A DNA stretch of 64,000 nt. It comes from an uncultured delta proteobacterium (lineage in GTDB: Bacteria > Myxococcota_A > Polyangia > Polyangiales > Polyangiaceae). Numbering within the stretch: the stretch's first letter is position 1; the number at the start of each line of letters is the position of its first letter. Of this stretch, positions 17,661 to 27,719 are shown one piece after another. The stretch lies in NCBI GenBank assembly GCA_963782055.1, contig CAWAIF010000003.1, forward strand, positions 5,152,001 to 5,216,000, written 5' to 3'. Position numbers and translations under genes: made by a program. Under the pieces are notes generated by a model that saw nothing but the letters and a program-made list of their open reading frames with translations, did not search any database and was not told the DNA's origin.

Positions 17661-19241
17661 TCAGAGCGAGACGTCCGCCATCATGAGGGGCGCGAAGTGG
17701 AAGCAGGTGATCTCCGGCGAGGCCGGCGCGGTGCTCTTGGCCATGTCCAGCGCCTCCTGCATGTTCTTCGCCGTCTCGTAGCCGAAGAGCTTGGGCACGT
17801 ACTCGTTGTCGGCCCCGACGACGATGACCCGGCCGAGGTGCTGCCGCCCGGCCTCGCCCCAGTACCACATGAAGAAGGGGTGGGTCGGGTGGTAGGCGTA
17901 GCCCGTCCGGTACATCTGGATGTAGGCGGGGTTCTTCGCGAAGACCGGCTCGAACTCCTTGTGCATCCGCATCGCGTCGCGCGTCTGCGGCAGCACGTCG
18001 TGCACGAACTCGATGTACGGGGCGTGGTGCTCCTTGTCGAAGTGGTCGGTCATCGGGTGCAGCACGATGAGCGTGCCGCCCTTCTTCACCAGCGGGTGCC
18101 CGCGGTAGCAGTTGAACATGTACCCCTCCGCCATCACCTGCACGAGCAGCGGGTTGAGGAAGGAGTTCACGTTGTACGGCGAGATGTACGGGATCCCGGC
18201 GATGAGGATGTCCGCCTGCCCCTTCACCGGCACCATGTACTGCTCGAAGCTCCTGGCGATGGTGTGCTCGTGCACGGCCTCCGTCTCCCCGGCGAAGACG
18301 CCGGTCACGCCGTAGGGGGAGGGCACGCGCTGGAAGACGGCCTGCCGCGCGGGCTGCGGGAGCTTGGAGAGGGTGAAGTTCAGCGCCTTGAGGGCGGTCT
18401 TCTCGGTGCTCGTGAGGTCGTCCTCGTTCTTGGAGAGGAAGGCGAGCGGCGAGTCGAACATCTTGTTGTTGATCGTCGTCTCGATGGTGAAGACGTTGAG
18501 CGCCTTGTTGGTGACGCGGCCCATGCGGACGACCGAGTCGTTGAGCGCGCTCTTCTTCGGGTCCATGTACGAGTGGCACTCGCGCATGACGCTCGGGTTG
18601 TGGTGCGCGCGCAGGCTTCGGTAGCCGCAGAGCCCCACCGTGACCGACTTGTGGCCGCCGTCCATCGGCACCAGGTTCAGGTTCACGTAGATGACCAGAT
18701 CGCTCTCCACGGCGACGCGGTTGAGCTCCACCTCCTCGCCCTGATCCGTCGTGCCCACGAGCTTCATCCCCTTGGGGTCCTCGGCGTCGTGGTTGTAGAG
18801 GCGGTCCGGCCAGTACGACTCGAAGATCTTGTCGCCGACGATGTGGCGCACCTCCGCCGCGGTCATGCGGCGGTGCACGCTGGTGGCGATGATCATGGTG
18901 ACGTCGTCGACGCCGTAGTCGGCGAGCAGGCCGAGCACGATGGTGAGCACCCGCTCGCGCACGTCCGGCCGGCGCATCGGCGGGAGCGGCAGGGAGATGT
19001 CGTCGATGGCGATGCACACCTTCATCCCCGGCTTGAGCTTCGCCCACAGCGGCTCGGCGTTGTGCGGGTGGTTGATCGCGTAGCGGATCGCCGCGTCCAC
19101 GTCCTTGAGCGGCTCCAGCGGCGGGCGCGGGTAGATGACGCGCGTGCCGGCGGGCAGGTCCACCTCCATCAGCCGGTCGCCGTAGAACAGCGTGCGCGGC
19201 GCGCTCTTCTTGTCCAGCGTGACCACCAGGGGATGCGTCAT
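17661..19241 (-). CDS. elbC: lactate racemase N-terminal (DUF2088/LarA-like) domain protein, ElbC-like
   Basis: 'IAIDDISLP', 'IATSVHRRMT', 'NHDAED', 'GGHKS' LarA-like motifs. Adjacent to a HAD gene, as in the Myxococcus elb cluster. Confidence 0.7.
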   Translation of the reverse strand: MTHPLVVTLDKKSAPRTLFYGDRLMEVDLPAGTRVIYPRPPLEPLKDVDAAIRYAINHPHNAEPLWAKLKPGMKVCIAIDDISLPLPPMRRPDVRERVLTIVLGLLADYGVDDVTMIIATSVHRRMTAAEVRHIVGDKIFESYWPDRLYNHDAEDPKGMKLVGTTDQGEEVELNRVAVESDLVIYVNLNLVPMDGGHKSVTVGLCGYRSLRAHHNPSVMRECHSYMDPKKSALNDSVVRMGRVTNKALNVFTIETTINNKMFDSPLAFLSKNEDDLTSTEKTALKALNFTLSKLPQPARQAVFQRVPSPYGVTGVFAGETEAVHEHTIARSFEQYMVPVKGQADILIAGIPYISPYNVNSFLNPLLVQVMAEGYMFNCYRGHPLVKKGGTLIVLHPMTDHFDKEHHAPYIEFVHDVLPQTRDAMRMHKEFEPVFAKNPAYIQMYRTGYAYHPTHPFFMWYWGEAGRQHLGRVIVVGADNEYVPKLFGYETAKNMQEALDMAKSTAPASPEITCFHFAPLMMADVSL

Positions 19242-19302
19242 GTCCTGTTCTCCATCGTCGTGCTCTCCGGGCTCTCGGCCGGCCTCACCGCGCGCTGCGC
19301 CG

Positions 19303-19966
19303 TCACGCGTCGAGCGTCAGCACCGGCCAGCCGTACGCGTGCGCGAGGCGCCGCAGCCGGAGATCGGGGTTGACCGCGGCGGGGTGTCCGACGACCGAGA
19401 GCATGGGCACGTCGGAGTAGCTGTCGGAGTAGGCGTGGCAGTGGTCCAGGTCATGGCCGTGCTCGCGCGCGTGCTCGCGGATGAGGCGCGCCTTCTCCGG
19501 CCCGGCCACCACCGGCCGCAGCAGGCGCCCGGTGGCGTAGTTGCGCTTGAACTCCAGCCGGTTGGCGATGAGAATCGCCCGCGCCCAGGTACTCGCAGAG
19601 GTGCTGCATCACGAAGTCCAGCGCGCCGGAGACGAGCACCACCTCGTGCCCCTCGTCGCGGCAGCGCTGCACGAGCGAGCGCGCGTTGGGGAAGAGCGCC
19701 GGCTTGACCACCTGATCGAAGCACTCGTCGGCGAGCAAGAGCAGCCGGTCGCGGGAGATCCCCTCGTAGGCGGAGTAGAGCAGCTCGTTGAACAGGCGGC
19801 GATCGCGCGTCTCGGCGAGCGCCATCTGCGGGGCCTTGAGCGCGGCGCGCAGGAACCGGCCCGCCGACTGGAGGGGCGTCTGCTGGTTCAGGAGGTAGAA
19901 GACGGTCGGCTGGATGAGGCTGGTGCGGACCAGCGTCCCGTCGACGTCGAAATAGCTCGCGGCCAC
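19303..19966 (-). pseudogene. elbB: HAD-IB phosphatase (ElbB-like), frameshifted near 19570-19580
   Basis: DVDGTL, LVSGA and [12 protein letters not shown] motifs are split across two frames (LGAGD / LIANRLEF). One extra base, possibly a sequencing error. Confidence 0.75.
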
Positions 19967-20031
19967 GGCAGACTTGTCGCGGAAAGGCGGGTGGGTGTCA
20001 ACCGGGGCGGGCGGCGCGGTACGATGACCCG

Positions 20032-21225
20032 GTGAAGGAGGGCGCGCCGAGGAAGGTGGGGATCTGGAGCCGCGTGCGGCCCTGGCTCATCCGCGCGCTG
20101 CTCGCCGTGGCGGCGCTGGTGGTGGCGCGGGTGGCCTGGCACCTGGTCTACACCGAGAGCGCGCGGGCGGTGATCGACGGCCGCGCCGAGGCGCCGATGG
20201 TTGCCAGGCGGAACTACCTGGCCGCCCACCTGGACGACTTCGGCGCGAGCGGGGCGCCCGGAGGCGCCCAGTTCTCCGGGGAGTGGGGGCTGGTCACCCT
20301 CTCCATGACGGCGGCCGCGTGCGGCAACCTGGGGTTCGAGTACCCGGGCACCCTGAAGGACGATCTGCGCCTGGCGCGCCGGGCGGAAGAGCTGGCGCGC
20401 AAGAAGGAGGCGCGCGCCTTCGACACCGACCGGTGGAAGGAGGACGCGCTGGAGGGCCTGGACGGCGACGAGGCGCACATCGGCTACCTCGGCCACCTGG
20501 CGATCATCCTGGAGGCGTACCGACTGCTCGGCGGCGACGACGCCGGCGCGCTCGCCCTGGAGGAGCGGGTGAGCCGGGCGCTCCTGCGACGCGTCCAGAA
20601 CGCAAAGAACCCGATGCTCCCCACTTATCCCGGCGAGACCTACGTCGCGGACAACGCGGTGGTGTGGGCGGCGCTCGCGCTGGCGGACGTGGGACGCCCG
20701 CCGCGGAGCAAGGCGGTGCTCGAGCGGGTCGTCCGCTGGGCGCGGGTGCACCTGGTCGACTCGAGCACCGGGCTGCTCCAGTTCGCGTCCGACGACGCGG
20801 GGGACGGCACGGGCGGGGCGCGCGCGTCCGGCGCGGCGTGGAGCACCTTCTACCTGTACTTCGTCGACGAGACCTTCGCGAAGGAGCAGGCGCAGGCGCT
20901 CCACGATCACTACGTGAAGCACCTCTTCCCCGGCGCGCTCGCCATCTGCGAGACGCCGGCGTGCGCCGGCTCCGGCGACGTGGACTCCGGTCCGCTGGTG
21001 ATGGGCGCGAGCCCCGCGGCGAGCGGGTTCGCGCTGGCCGCGGCGAAGCGGCTGGGAGACGAGAACTTCCTCGGCGGGCTCCTGTCGACGGCGGAGTGGG
21101 CGGGGCTCACCCTTCAGTGGGACGGCGAGCGGAGGTACGTGCTCGCGCCGCTCGTGGGGAACGCCGTCGTGCTGGCGATGGAGACCTCGCGGGCGTGGGA
21201 CGCGAGGTATTTGCCGGGGCACTGA
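20032..21225 (+). CDS. membrane-anchored hypothetical protein (possible alpha/alpha-barrel, linalool dehydratase-like)
   Basis: 397 aa with N-terminal TM and 'TYPGETYVADN', 'GDVDSGP' motifs. Family call is tentative. Confidence 0.55.
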   Translation: MKEGAPRKVGIWSRVRPWLIRALLAVAALVVARVAWHLVYTESARAVIDGRAEAPMVARRNYLAAHLDDFGASGAPGGAQFSGEWGLVTLSMTAAACGNLGFEYPGTLKDDLRLARRAEELARKKEARAFDTDRWKEDALEGLDGDEAHIGYLGHLAIILEAYRLLGGDDAGALALEERVSRALLRRVQNAKNPMLPTYPGETYVADNAVVWAALALADVGRPPRSKAVLERVVRWARVHLVDSSTGLLQFASDDAGDGTGGARASGAAWSTFYLYFVDETFAKEQAQALHDHYVKHLFPGALAICETPACAGSGDVDSGPLVMGASPAASGFALAAAKRLGDENFLGGLLSTAEWAGLTLQWDGERRYVLAPLVGNAVVLAMETSRAWDARYLPGH

Positions 21226-21251
21226 GATGGGGGCCCGGGGCCCCGCCTCCT

Positions 21252-21743
21252 TCAGCGAGCGAGCTTCTTCTCGAGTCGCGCCACGACCGGATCGAGTTTC
21301 GCCAGCCGTTCGACCGTGCCGCCCTCGGAAGGATACAGGCACCACAGCGAGTACCCATCGGACGGGTCCATGAACAGGACGTCCTCGTTTTCGCTGCCGA
21401 TGCTGATCCCCGCGGCCAGCCTCTTGAACGCGAACTCGTGCCCGGCTTCGTCCTGGGTTTCCTCGGCTCCGTCGAACACCCTGCGGAGCGTCTTGGCCCA
21501 GACCTCGAGCTCGCGAATCTGCAGCACCCGGTGTCGGTCGATCTGGGTCTTCCTGTCGAGCTCGTCCACCGTCCGCAGTTGCCAGTCGCGGCCCTTGAGC
21601 CTCAGGGTCGTCCCCTTCGGCATCTTCAGCAGCAGCGCCGCGTAGCTCTCTGGAAGCCTCATTCCGAGCTTCGCCCACACCTTCAGTGCCGCGCGCTTCT
21701 CCTTCAGAGTCAGCGCGGGCTCGACCGTCTTCGCCTTCTTCAT
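21252..21743 (-). CDS. SMI1/KNR4 (SUKH)-like immunity protein
   Basis: 'KLGMRLPESYAALL' and 'ISIGSENEDVLFMDPSDGYSLWCLY...VERLA' SUKH-type motifs. Start uncertain. Confidence 0.65.
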   Translation of the reverse strand: MKKAKTVEPALTLKEKRAALKVWAKLGMRLPESYAALLLKMPKGTTLRLKGRDWQLRTVDELDRKTQIDRHRVLQIRELEVWAKTLRRVFDGAEETQDEAGHEFAFKRLAAGISIGSENEDVLFMDPSDGYSLWCLYPSEGGTVERLAKLDPVVARLEKKLAR

Positions 21744-22210
21744 CGTCTTCGCCTTCCCGGCACCCCGCGGGATCGAGGCCACCAGATAGATCAAACCCTG
21801 CCGCCGTTGCACCACCGCGCGCAAGTTGTACTCGGGATCACCGAGGCGAACCCGTACGTCTCCCGATCTGCGACAAAGTCACCATACACCGGCTCCCTCA
21901 GCACGTCCTGCAACTCCTCGAGTGTCATCCCTTTCCTCAGCGGCAGCTCGAGGGCAGCCGCAAGGCGGCGAGCAGTCACCGTCCGCCGCCAGACCCGGGC
22001 CACGGCCTGCCGGCGACCTTCTGGGCTCATCGTCCCGGTGGCGGGTCAGGCGATGCGTCTCGCGAACGACGAGTTGGTGGTTGCCCCACGGCGCTCTCCC
22101 CGCCTCTCGCGCGCAGTCTACGGCACGGTCCGCCCCGGCGGAAGGCGCTTCGGCGCGCCAGGGTGAGCCGCGCCGCTCGCGTCGCAGCGCCGCGCTGCTA
22201 CGATCGGAGG

Positions 22211-22432
22211 GTGACCCCGGCCGATGATGAAGAGGCCGCGTTCCGCGCGAAGCTCGAAGAGCAGCTCGCCAAGGACCGGCGGGCGCGGGCCTTGTCCTGT
22301 GAGGTCGAGCTGCCCCAGACGGTCGACGGCACCTGGGGGCTCACCCTGAACACCTACCGCCTGCCGATCGCCGCGGGGCTCGCGCTCCTGCTCGTGGGCG
22401 GCATCGTCGCCCTGATCTACTGGCTCTGTTGA
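22211..22432 (+). CDS. small membrane protein
   Basis: 73 aa with a C-terminal TM. Stop codon lies in the IS1380 target duplication. Confidence 0.45.
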   Translation: MTPADDEEAAFRAKLEEQLAKDRRARALSCEVELPQTVDGTWGLTLNTYRLPIAAGLALLLVGGIVALIYWLC

Positions 22433-22433
22433 A

Positions 22434-24088
22434 CCTGGATTTCGCTCGCACCGGTCCTCGGAGCGGGCGCGGGCGTCGCACGGGTCGGCGCGTCCCGGAT
22501 CGGTGCCCGGCACGGCTGCCGCGCACGATAAGCGCGTAGCGTGAGCACACGTCCCCCTTTCCCCCGCCTCGCAAACCAAGTTGTGTGCCGGTCAATTCAG
22601 CATCGGGCGAGGAGCGAGTCGCAGCTGCCAGCGACCCCCGACGCGCAGCAGGCGAGCGGGCACCAGGACGCAGGCGCGACGCATCCAGGTCGCGCGCCAG
22701 TGTGCCACGGCGGTCCCCGGGCACAGCGACAGCACCCAGCGACGCATCAGGTTGTAGGCCAGCAGCTTGAGCAGCAACGCGGCCTCGTTGGCGTCGAAGG
22801 TGTTCGTCGGGGCGTAGCCGATGCCGAAGGCGTTCTTGAGCTCGGCGAAGAGCGGCTCGATCCCCGCCCGGCCGTCGTAGAAGCGCGCCACGTCGTCGGC
22901 GTCGCGGTCGTGATCGTTGGTCAGGTAGACCTGCGCCGAGTAGTCGAGGTCCTCCCAGAGGTGGACCTGCTTGCCGGTGTCGCGCTCGCTGGTCCGCACC
23001 GCCACCACGCGCCAGCCGGGAGGCCAGTCGTCGCGGCGGAAGTCCACCACGGCGACCTGTCGCGTCGGCTCGCCGAAGGCATCGCGATCGGTCGTGCGCC
23101 AGCGCGTCGTGCGCGCGACGGCGCTCATCAGGTTGGCGGTCTGCCGCATCTTCGCCACGAAGTACGCCCCGCCGCGCTCGACCGCAGAAAGCAGCGCTGC
23201 AGACTCTCCGCCGGAGTCGATCCGCATCGTCACCACGGCTTTCGGCGCGGCGCGATGCAGCCGTCCGATCCACTGCGCGATGTCCTCGACGTCGTCCTCG
23301 CCGATGCCCGTGTCGCCCGGCCGCAGCCGCGCTCCGAGCATCGTATCGGTCTCGGCGATGCGCGCCAGGATCGGGTGATAGCTCACGCGGCCGTGGTAGC
23401 GCGGGTTGTAGCCGACGTGCGCTCCCTCTTGCTCGCCGAACAGCGGCGTCACCGTCGTGTCCACGTCGATGGTCAGCTCCTTGGCGCGGAGCTTGGTGAG
23501 CGGCTCGAGCCCCTGCTCGGCCATCAGCTCTTCCAGCCTCTCGAGCTCGCGGCCCCTGAAGCGCCGCAGATCGTCGTAGAGCACGTCGATGCTCGGCACG
23601 ATGCCGCCGGCGAGGTGCCGGAACACCGGGTCCGTCGCGAGCACCTCGAAGTCGAAGATGCGCCGCGCTCCCGCCACCGACGCGTCGAGCAGAAGCTGAA
23701 TCTGCGCCGCCATCGGATAGACCACCTGCGCTCCGGTCTTGAGGTGCCCGAAGTCCCGCCGAAGCCGACGCCCGAGTCCAATCCCCTGCACGAACGCGTT
23801 GAAGGACGCGAGGCCCCCGAGTCCCGACAACCTCGGGTCCGGCCGCCCCACCTCCAGCCCGCTCGCGCGTGCTCGCCGCACCCGGCGATTCGCCCGCTGC
23901 CACTCCCACCCCTCGGGACGCTTGCTTCCGAGCTGCTCTCGTCGCACCTTCTGGGTGCTCGGCGTGTCGCTTGCTGTTGTCTTCATCAACTCCATCAACC
24001 GGCGCGCCGAGCGCTAAATTCCAGGGCGCGCGTCGATTTTCAGGAGCGTGCATCATGCAACCGTCGCCGGAATGGAGCGAAATCTAGG
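22434..24088 (-). mobile_element. IS1380-family insertion sequence
   Basis: Terminal IRs CCTGGATTTCGCTC / GAGCGAAATCTAGG (1 mismatch). 5-bp TSD TTGAA at 22429-22433 and 24089-24093. Confidence 0.9.
22592..23998 (-). CDS. IS1380-family DDE transposase
   Basis: 'TIDVDTT..GEQEG..GYN..YHP', 'RIDSG', 'YDGRAGIEPLFAELK', 'NEAALLLKLLAYNL'. Confidence 0.9.
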   Translation of the reverse strand: MMELMKTTASDTPSTQKVRREQLGSKRPEGWEWQRANRRVRRARASGLEVGRPDPRLSGLGGLASFNAFVQGIGLGRRLRRDFGHLKTGAQVVYPMAAQIQLLLDASVAGARRIFDFEVLATDPVFRHLAGGIVPSIDVLYDDLRRFRGRELERLEELMAEQGLEPLTKLRAKELTIDVDTTVTPLFGEQEGAHVGYNPRYHGRVSYHPILARIAETDTMLGARLRPGDTGIGEDDVEDIAQWIGRLHRAAPKAVVTMRIDSGGESAALLSAVERGGAYFVAKMRQTANLMSAVARTTRWRTTDRDAFGEPTRQVAVVDFRRDDWPPGWRVVAVRTSERDTGKQVHLWEDLDYSAQVYLTNDHDRDADDVARFYDGRAGIEPLFAELKNAFGIGYAPTNTFDANEAALLLKLLAYNLMRRWVLSLCPGTAVAHWRATWMRRACVLVPARLLRVGGRWQLRLAPRPMLN

Positions 24089-24245
24089 TTGAATGAACGC
24101 CTTCCTCGCGCGCTCTTCAGGGCGTGAAGCCGAGCACATCGTCCACTCGCCCCGAGCCGTCGAGGGTCATCGTGCCCGTGGCCGCGTTCTGGTAGCTGTC
24201 GGGATCGACGATGGCCGTGACAAGATGCGAGCGCGACACACTCGC

Positions 24246-24806
24246 TCACTTCGACGGCGCGGCGACCGCACACTGCGAGAACGTGACCTCGCCATTCACG
24301 TGGCCTTTGTCGGCCGTCGTGCAGTCGAACTTCACGTGGCCGTTGAGGTGTCGGACCTTGCCCTTCGGTGTCCAGGTCGAGACGTTCGTCTTCTCCAGCT
24401 TGCCCTCGAGGAGCGTGCACGCCCCCTTCTCGTTGCTGAGGACGAGCCAGTCCTTCATCTTCGGCGGGATCGGGATCTTGACGATGTCGCCCTTGGCTTC
24501 GTCGTGGACGTAACGGAGGCGCAGATCGTCGCTGCCCGAAGCGTAAAAGTCGACGCCATAGAAACCGTCAAGCTCGCCAGACTCACAGTCGGCCAGCGTC
24601 GTGTCCCACGTGCCCGCCGCGCCGCCGACCGAGTGCACCGTCCCGCTCACGGCGCCGTGACTCTGTGCTTGCGCGCTCATCGCCACCGAGACGGCCGAGC
24701 CGATCCCTTGGGTATCCAGGAAGGCTTGCCGGTGTCGCTTGCATCCGGGGGCTGCGATGGCGGGGACGAAAACGAACGCCATGCCAAGGAGACGGAGTGG
24801 CCGCAT
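24246..24806 (-). CDS. hypothetical lipoprotein
   Basis: MRPLRLLGMAFVFVPAIAAPGC lipobox-like signal. Confidence 0.65.
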   Translation of the reverse strand: MRPLRLLGMAFVFVPAIAAPGCKRHRQAFLDTQGIGSAVSVAMSAQAQSHGAVSGTVHSVGGAAGTWDTTLADCESGELDGFYGVDFYASGSDDLRLRYVHDEAKGDIVKIPIPPKMKDWLVLSNEKGACTLLEGKLEKTNVSTWTPKGKVRHLNGHVKFDCTTADKGHVNGEVTFSQCAVAAPSK

Positions 24807-24836
24807 GGCCAGAGAATAGGGCCCATGCGGTCCGGA

Positions 24837-24889
24837 GCATAGGAAATGCTGGCGCGATCGGGCGCGACACTTCACGAAATCCCTCTTAT
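24837..24889 (+). repeat. dispersed bipartite repeat, arm A (copy 1)
   Basis: GCATAGGAAATGCTGGCGCGATCGGGCGCGACACTTCACGAAATCCCTCTTAT. Confidence 0.85.
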
Positions 24890-25027
24890 CCCTCTTCCGG
24901 CGGTCAGGGTCGCGGCGAGGGTGTTCGCCAGCTCGTCGGGCCTGCCCGACGACACCGATGCGATACGCGGATGCCCGTGGGACGCACCGCCGAGATCGCA
25001 CAGGTGACCGCACTGCGCAGGAATCGA

Positions 25028-25741
25028 TCAGCGCCGTCGGGTCAACGCCGACACGCGCTCGCGCCAGAGGGGCTCGCCGTGCTTGCTCGTGACCGCGAGA
25101 TGGCCTCGGTCGAGGACGATGTCCTTGAAGCGGTATCCGAACACGATCTCGTTGGGCTCGGCCTTCAGGATCTGCCGGTCCAGCACGGGCCCGCCGGCGT
25201 CGCTCACGATCAAGCGGAGCGTGAAGACCTCCTGCGTCATGCGGCAGTCGAGCTCCGCGCGCAGGCCCAGCGCGCGGAACGTTCGCTTCTTGTGAACCCA
25301 CTCGTTCTTCATCCCGCCGGCGACGAACGCGTCCAGCCCCTCGACAATCTCGTGCTCGGGAACGCTGACGGAACGCGCGCACTTCGCGACGCCCTCGCGC
25401 AGGCGCTCGACGTAGTAAGTCCCGAGGGTTTCGAGCCCTTCGCCCGACCGGCGCTCGTAGGCGGCACGGTCGAACGGGATGTCCACCGTCGCCGCGCCCT
25501 CTGTGTTCACGAACACCCCTTTCCGCGGCGCCGAGCGCGCCGAGAGGACGATCCGATTGAAGCGCTCGGTCCGGTAGCGGAGCCTCGCGAGCACCTCGCG
25601 CTCCAGGTAGTTGCACACGGACCGCGAGCGCAGCAGGAACGCATACGTGTACGGTACGGGAAGGTCGGGCTCGTCCCCGAGGTACAAGTAGATCTGTCTC
25701 AGGATCACGTTGGCGAATCCTCGTCCGGGGCTCTCGACCAA
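25028..25741 (-). CDS. hypothetical protein (immunity-like)
   Basis: 237-aa ORF with plausible globular composition, flanked by two arm-A repeats. Confidence 0.6.
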   Translation of the reverse strand: MVESPGRGFANVILRQIYLYLGDEPDLPVPYTYAFLLRSRSVCNYLEREVLARLRYRTERFNRIVLSARSAPRKGVFVNTEGAATVDIPFDRAAYERRSGEGLETLGTYYVERLREGVAKCARSVSVPEHEIVEGLDAFVAGGMKNEWVHKKRTFRALGLRAELDCRMTQEVFTLRLIVSDAGGPVLDRQILKAEPNEIVFGYRFKDIVLDRGHLAVTSKHGEPLWRERVSALTRRR

Positions 25742-25785
25742 TCCCCTCGTCGTCCGTCGCTCTCCGCGGGGCCACGTCGAGCCGC

Positions 25786-25825
25786 GGAAATGCTAGCGCG
25801 ATCGGGCGCGTCGTCGAAGTCCCTC
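25786..25825 (+). repeat. dispersed bipartite repeat, arm A (copy 2, degenerate)
   Basis: GGAAATGCTAGCGCGATCGGGCGCGTCGTCGAAGTCCCTC. Confidence 0.75.
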
Positions 25826-25877
25826 CTGGACGAGGCCGCCGCGCGGCAGCGCGATCTCCGACCGCGAGCCTTCGTGA

Positions 25878-26633
25878 ATGGGCATCATGCGCTTTGCATC
25901 CAAGACCGCCATGCACCGCCCCGGCGTCGTCACGGTCTTCGCGTTCTTGGCGCTCGTCACTGCGGCTTGCTCGGCGAGCGACCCCATCACGGGTCCGGCG
26001 GACGCAGCCCCCGACACCAACGCGACCGACGACTCCGGAGTGGTTGGGGACACGGCCGCGCCCACACCGGACGCGGCCATCGCCGACGCCGCGGTCGACG
26101 CAGCGATCGAGGATGGCGGGGCTGCCGCGGCGACGCCCCCCGCAGGCTACAAGCGTTGCGGGCACGGGACGGCAACGCAGGCGGACGCGGCGGCGGCGTG
26201 TGACTTTCAAGGCGATCCCTTCTTCGAGCAGAACCTGCCGCAACGTTCATGCGACGGCGCGACCATCGCGTCCGCATCGTGGGAGGTCTGGTGCGGGAGC
26301 GGTCCGATCTACGTGTGGGTCCGGCTCGACGGGCTTCGAGCGACCGGCAAGTACAAGGGCTGCTTCGACGCCGAGGAGATCGGTCTGAGCTCCGGCTGGA
26401 TCGAGACGAACACGGCGGCGAGCGGCGCCACGCCCACCCCGTCGAACGGGACGTTCTCGACCACGACCACGCTCGACGCCTCGCTACAGTCGCTGGGAAA
26501 CACGACGAACGAGGCGACCGGAACCGGCAACGTCTTCGTCACGGGGAACTTTCCCGCGCCGTGCAACTCGCCAGCTCCGATGAGGGTGATGAGCGGCGTC
26601 TCGATTTCCTGGGATGCGGTGAACGGCAACTGA
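25878..26633 (+). CDS. hypothetical lipoprotein
   Basis: FLALVTAAC lipobox and DA-rich linker. Likely true start at 25911. Confidence 0.65.
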   Translation: MGIMRFASKTAMHRPGVVTVFAFLALVTAACSASDPITGPADAAPDTNATDDSGVVGDTAAPTPDAAIADAAVDAAIEDGGAAAATPPAGYKRCGHGTATQADAAAACDFQGDPFFEQNLPQRSCDGATIASASWEVWCGSGPIYVWVRLDGLRATGKYKGCFDAEEIGLSSGWIETNTAASGATPTPSNGTFSTTTTLDASLQSLGNTTNEATGTGNVFVTGNFPAPCNSPAPMRVMSGVSISWDAVNGN

Positions 26634-26686
26634 CGGGCCGGGCCAGACCGCCCAACGCGCTTTGAATGACTTGCGCGCCGGGCAGG

Positions 26687-27003
26687 TCATCGCTGCATCG
26701 CTGAGCCCTGCGGCGCCTTCTTCGCGTACGCGCGGCGCGGTTCCGCCATGGCCTCGCGGTGCTGCGTCGACCAGTCGAGGAGACCGCGGAGCGGCTTGAC
26801 GAGCGTGCGGCCCATGGGCGTCAGCTCGTAGTCGACGCGCGGCGGGACGGTCGGGAAGATCGTGCGCTTCACGAGGCCGTTCTGTTCCAGGCGCTCAGGC
26901 TCAAGGTGAGCATGCGCTGCGAGATGCCGTCGACCGCGCGCTGGAGCTCGTTGTAGCGGAGCGAGGGGCGCCGCCTCAGCGCGCCGAGGCAGGATCGTCC
27001 ACT
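26687..27003 (-). pseudogene. degenerate partial duplicate of the HxlR regulator at 31345-31734
   Basis: Near-identical DNA to about 31354-31643, with small deletions that break the frame; 5' end missing. Confidence 0.85.
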
Positions 27004-27037
27004 CGACTCGACGCGGCCCTGGTGATACCGTTACCAA

Positions 27038-27544
27038 ATGCTGATCGGAGGTGGCTTTTGGCGAGCAAGTGTGCTGGTCGCCGTCGTCGCGCCTCTGGGC
27101 GGGTGCCACGGCTTCGACCCGGTTGGGAGCTATCACGGAGACGCCACCCGCTCGGGCGAGGTGACCCGCATGAGCTCCGATCTCGGAGCGGACGGCAGCG
27201 CCAAGGGCCACAGCGACCGCTTCCTGACGAAGGTCGGCACGACCGTCACGGTGACGCGCGTGGATGACAGCCATCTCAACGTCGATATCGGCGATTCCTG
27301 CCGCCTGCGCGTTGCGCGGTCGCCCACGCCGAAAGATCACTACAGCATCGTCGACGACCCCCAGAGCTGCCAGATCGCGGTGAAGGACTTCTCCGGCTCG
27401 GTCGTGTTCGTGGGCACGGTGCAGTTCGATCGCAAGCCGCCCGGCGTGCACATCGATTTCGACGGGGACGCCCGAATCGGTGACCCCAACCGTGCCGGCT
27501 TCACCACGCTGCAGTACGGATACGTGTTCGACGGCCATCGCTGA
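27038..27544 (+). CDS. hypothetical lipoprotein
   Basis: VAVVAPLGGC lipobox, 168 aa. Confidence 0.6.
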   Translation: MLIGGGFWRASVLVAVVAPLGGCHGFDPVGSYHGDATRSGEVTRMSSDLGADGSAKGHSDRFLTKVGTTVTVTRVDDSHLNVDIGDSCRLRVARSPTPKDHYSIVDDPQSCQIAVKDFSGSVVFVGTVQFDRKPPGVHIDFDGDARIGDPNRAGFTTLQYGYVFDGHR

Positions 27545-27652
27545 ACGTCGACGCCGAGGCTCCGGCGAAGACGCCGCGAGCGCGCTGACCCTGGCGCCGT
27601 CGGTCGGCGCGCCTGCGCTGCCGAGCGGCGCGCTCGTGATCCAAGCGACTGA

Positions 27653-27694
27653 CGCAGGCTTTTTCCCGACGGTCGCGCTAACACTTCCTATGCG
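27653..27694 (-). repeat. dispersed bipartite repeat, arm A (inverted, degenerate copy 3)
   Basis: Reverse complement reads CGCATAGGAAGTGTTAGCGCGACCGTCGGGAAAAAGCCTGCG. Confidence 0.65.
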
Positions 27695-27719
27695 CTCGAG
27701 ATGTGAGTAGGTAGACGGA

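Noticed and set aside
21791..22030. 79-aa ORF or frameshifted N-terminal extension of the SMI1/KNR4 gene
   Set aside because: No recognisable motif; cannot be distinguished from a chance ORF.
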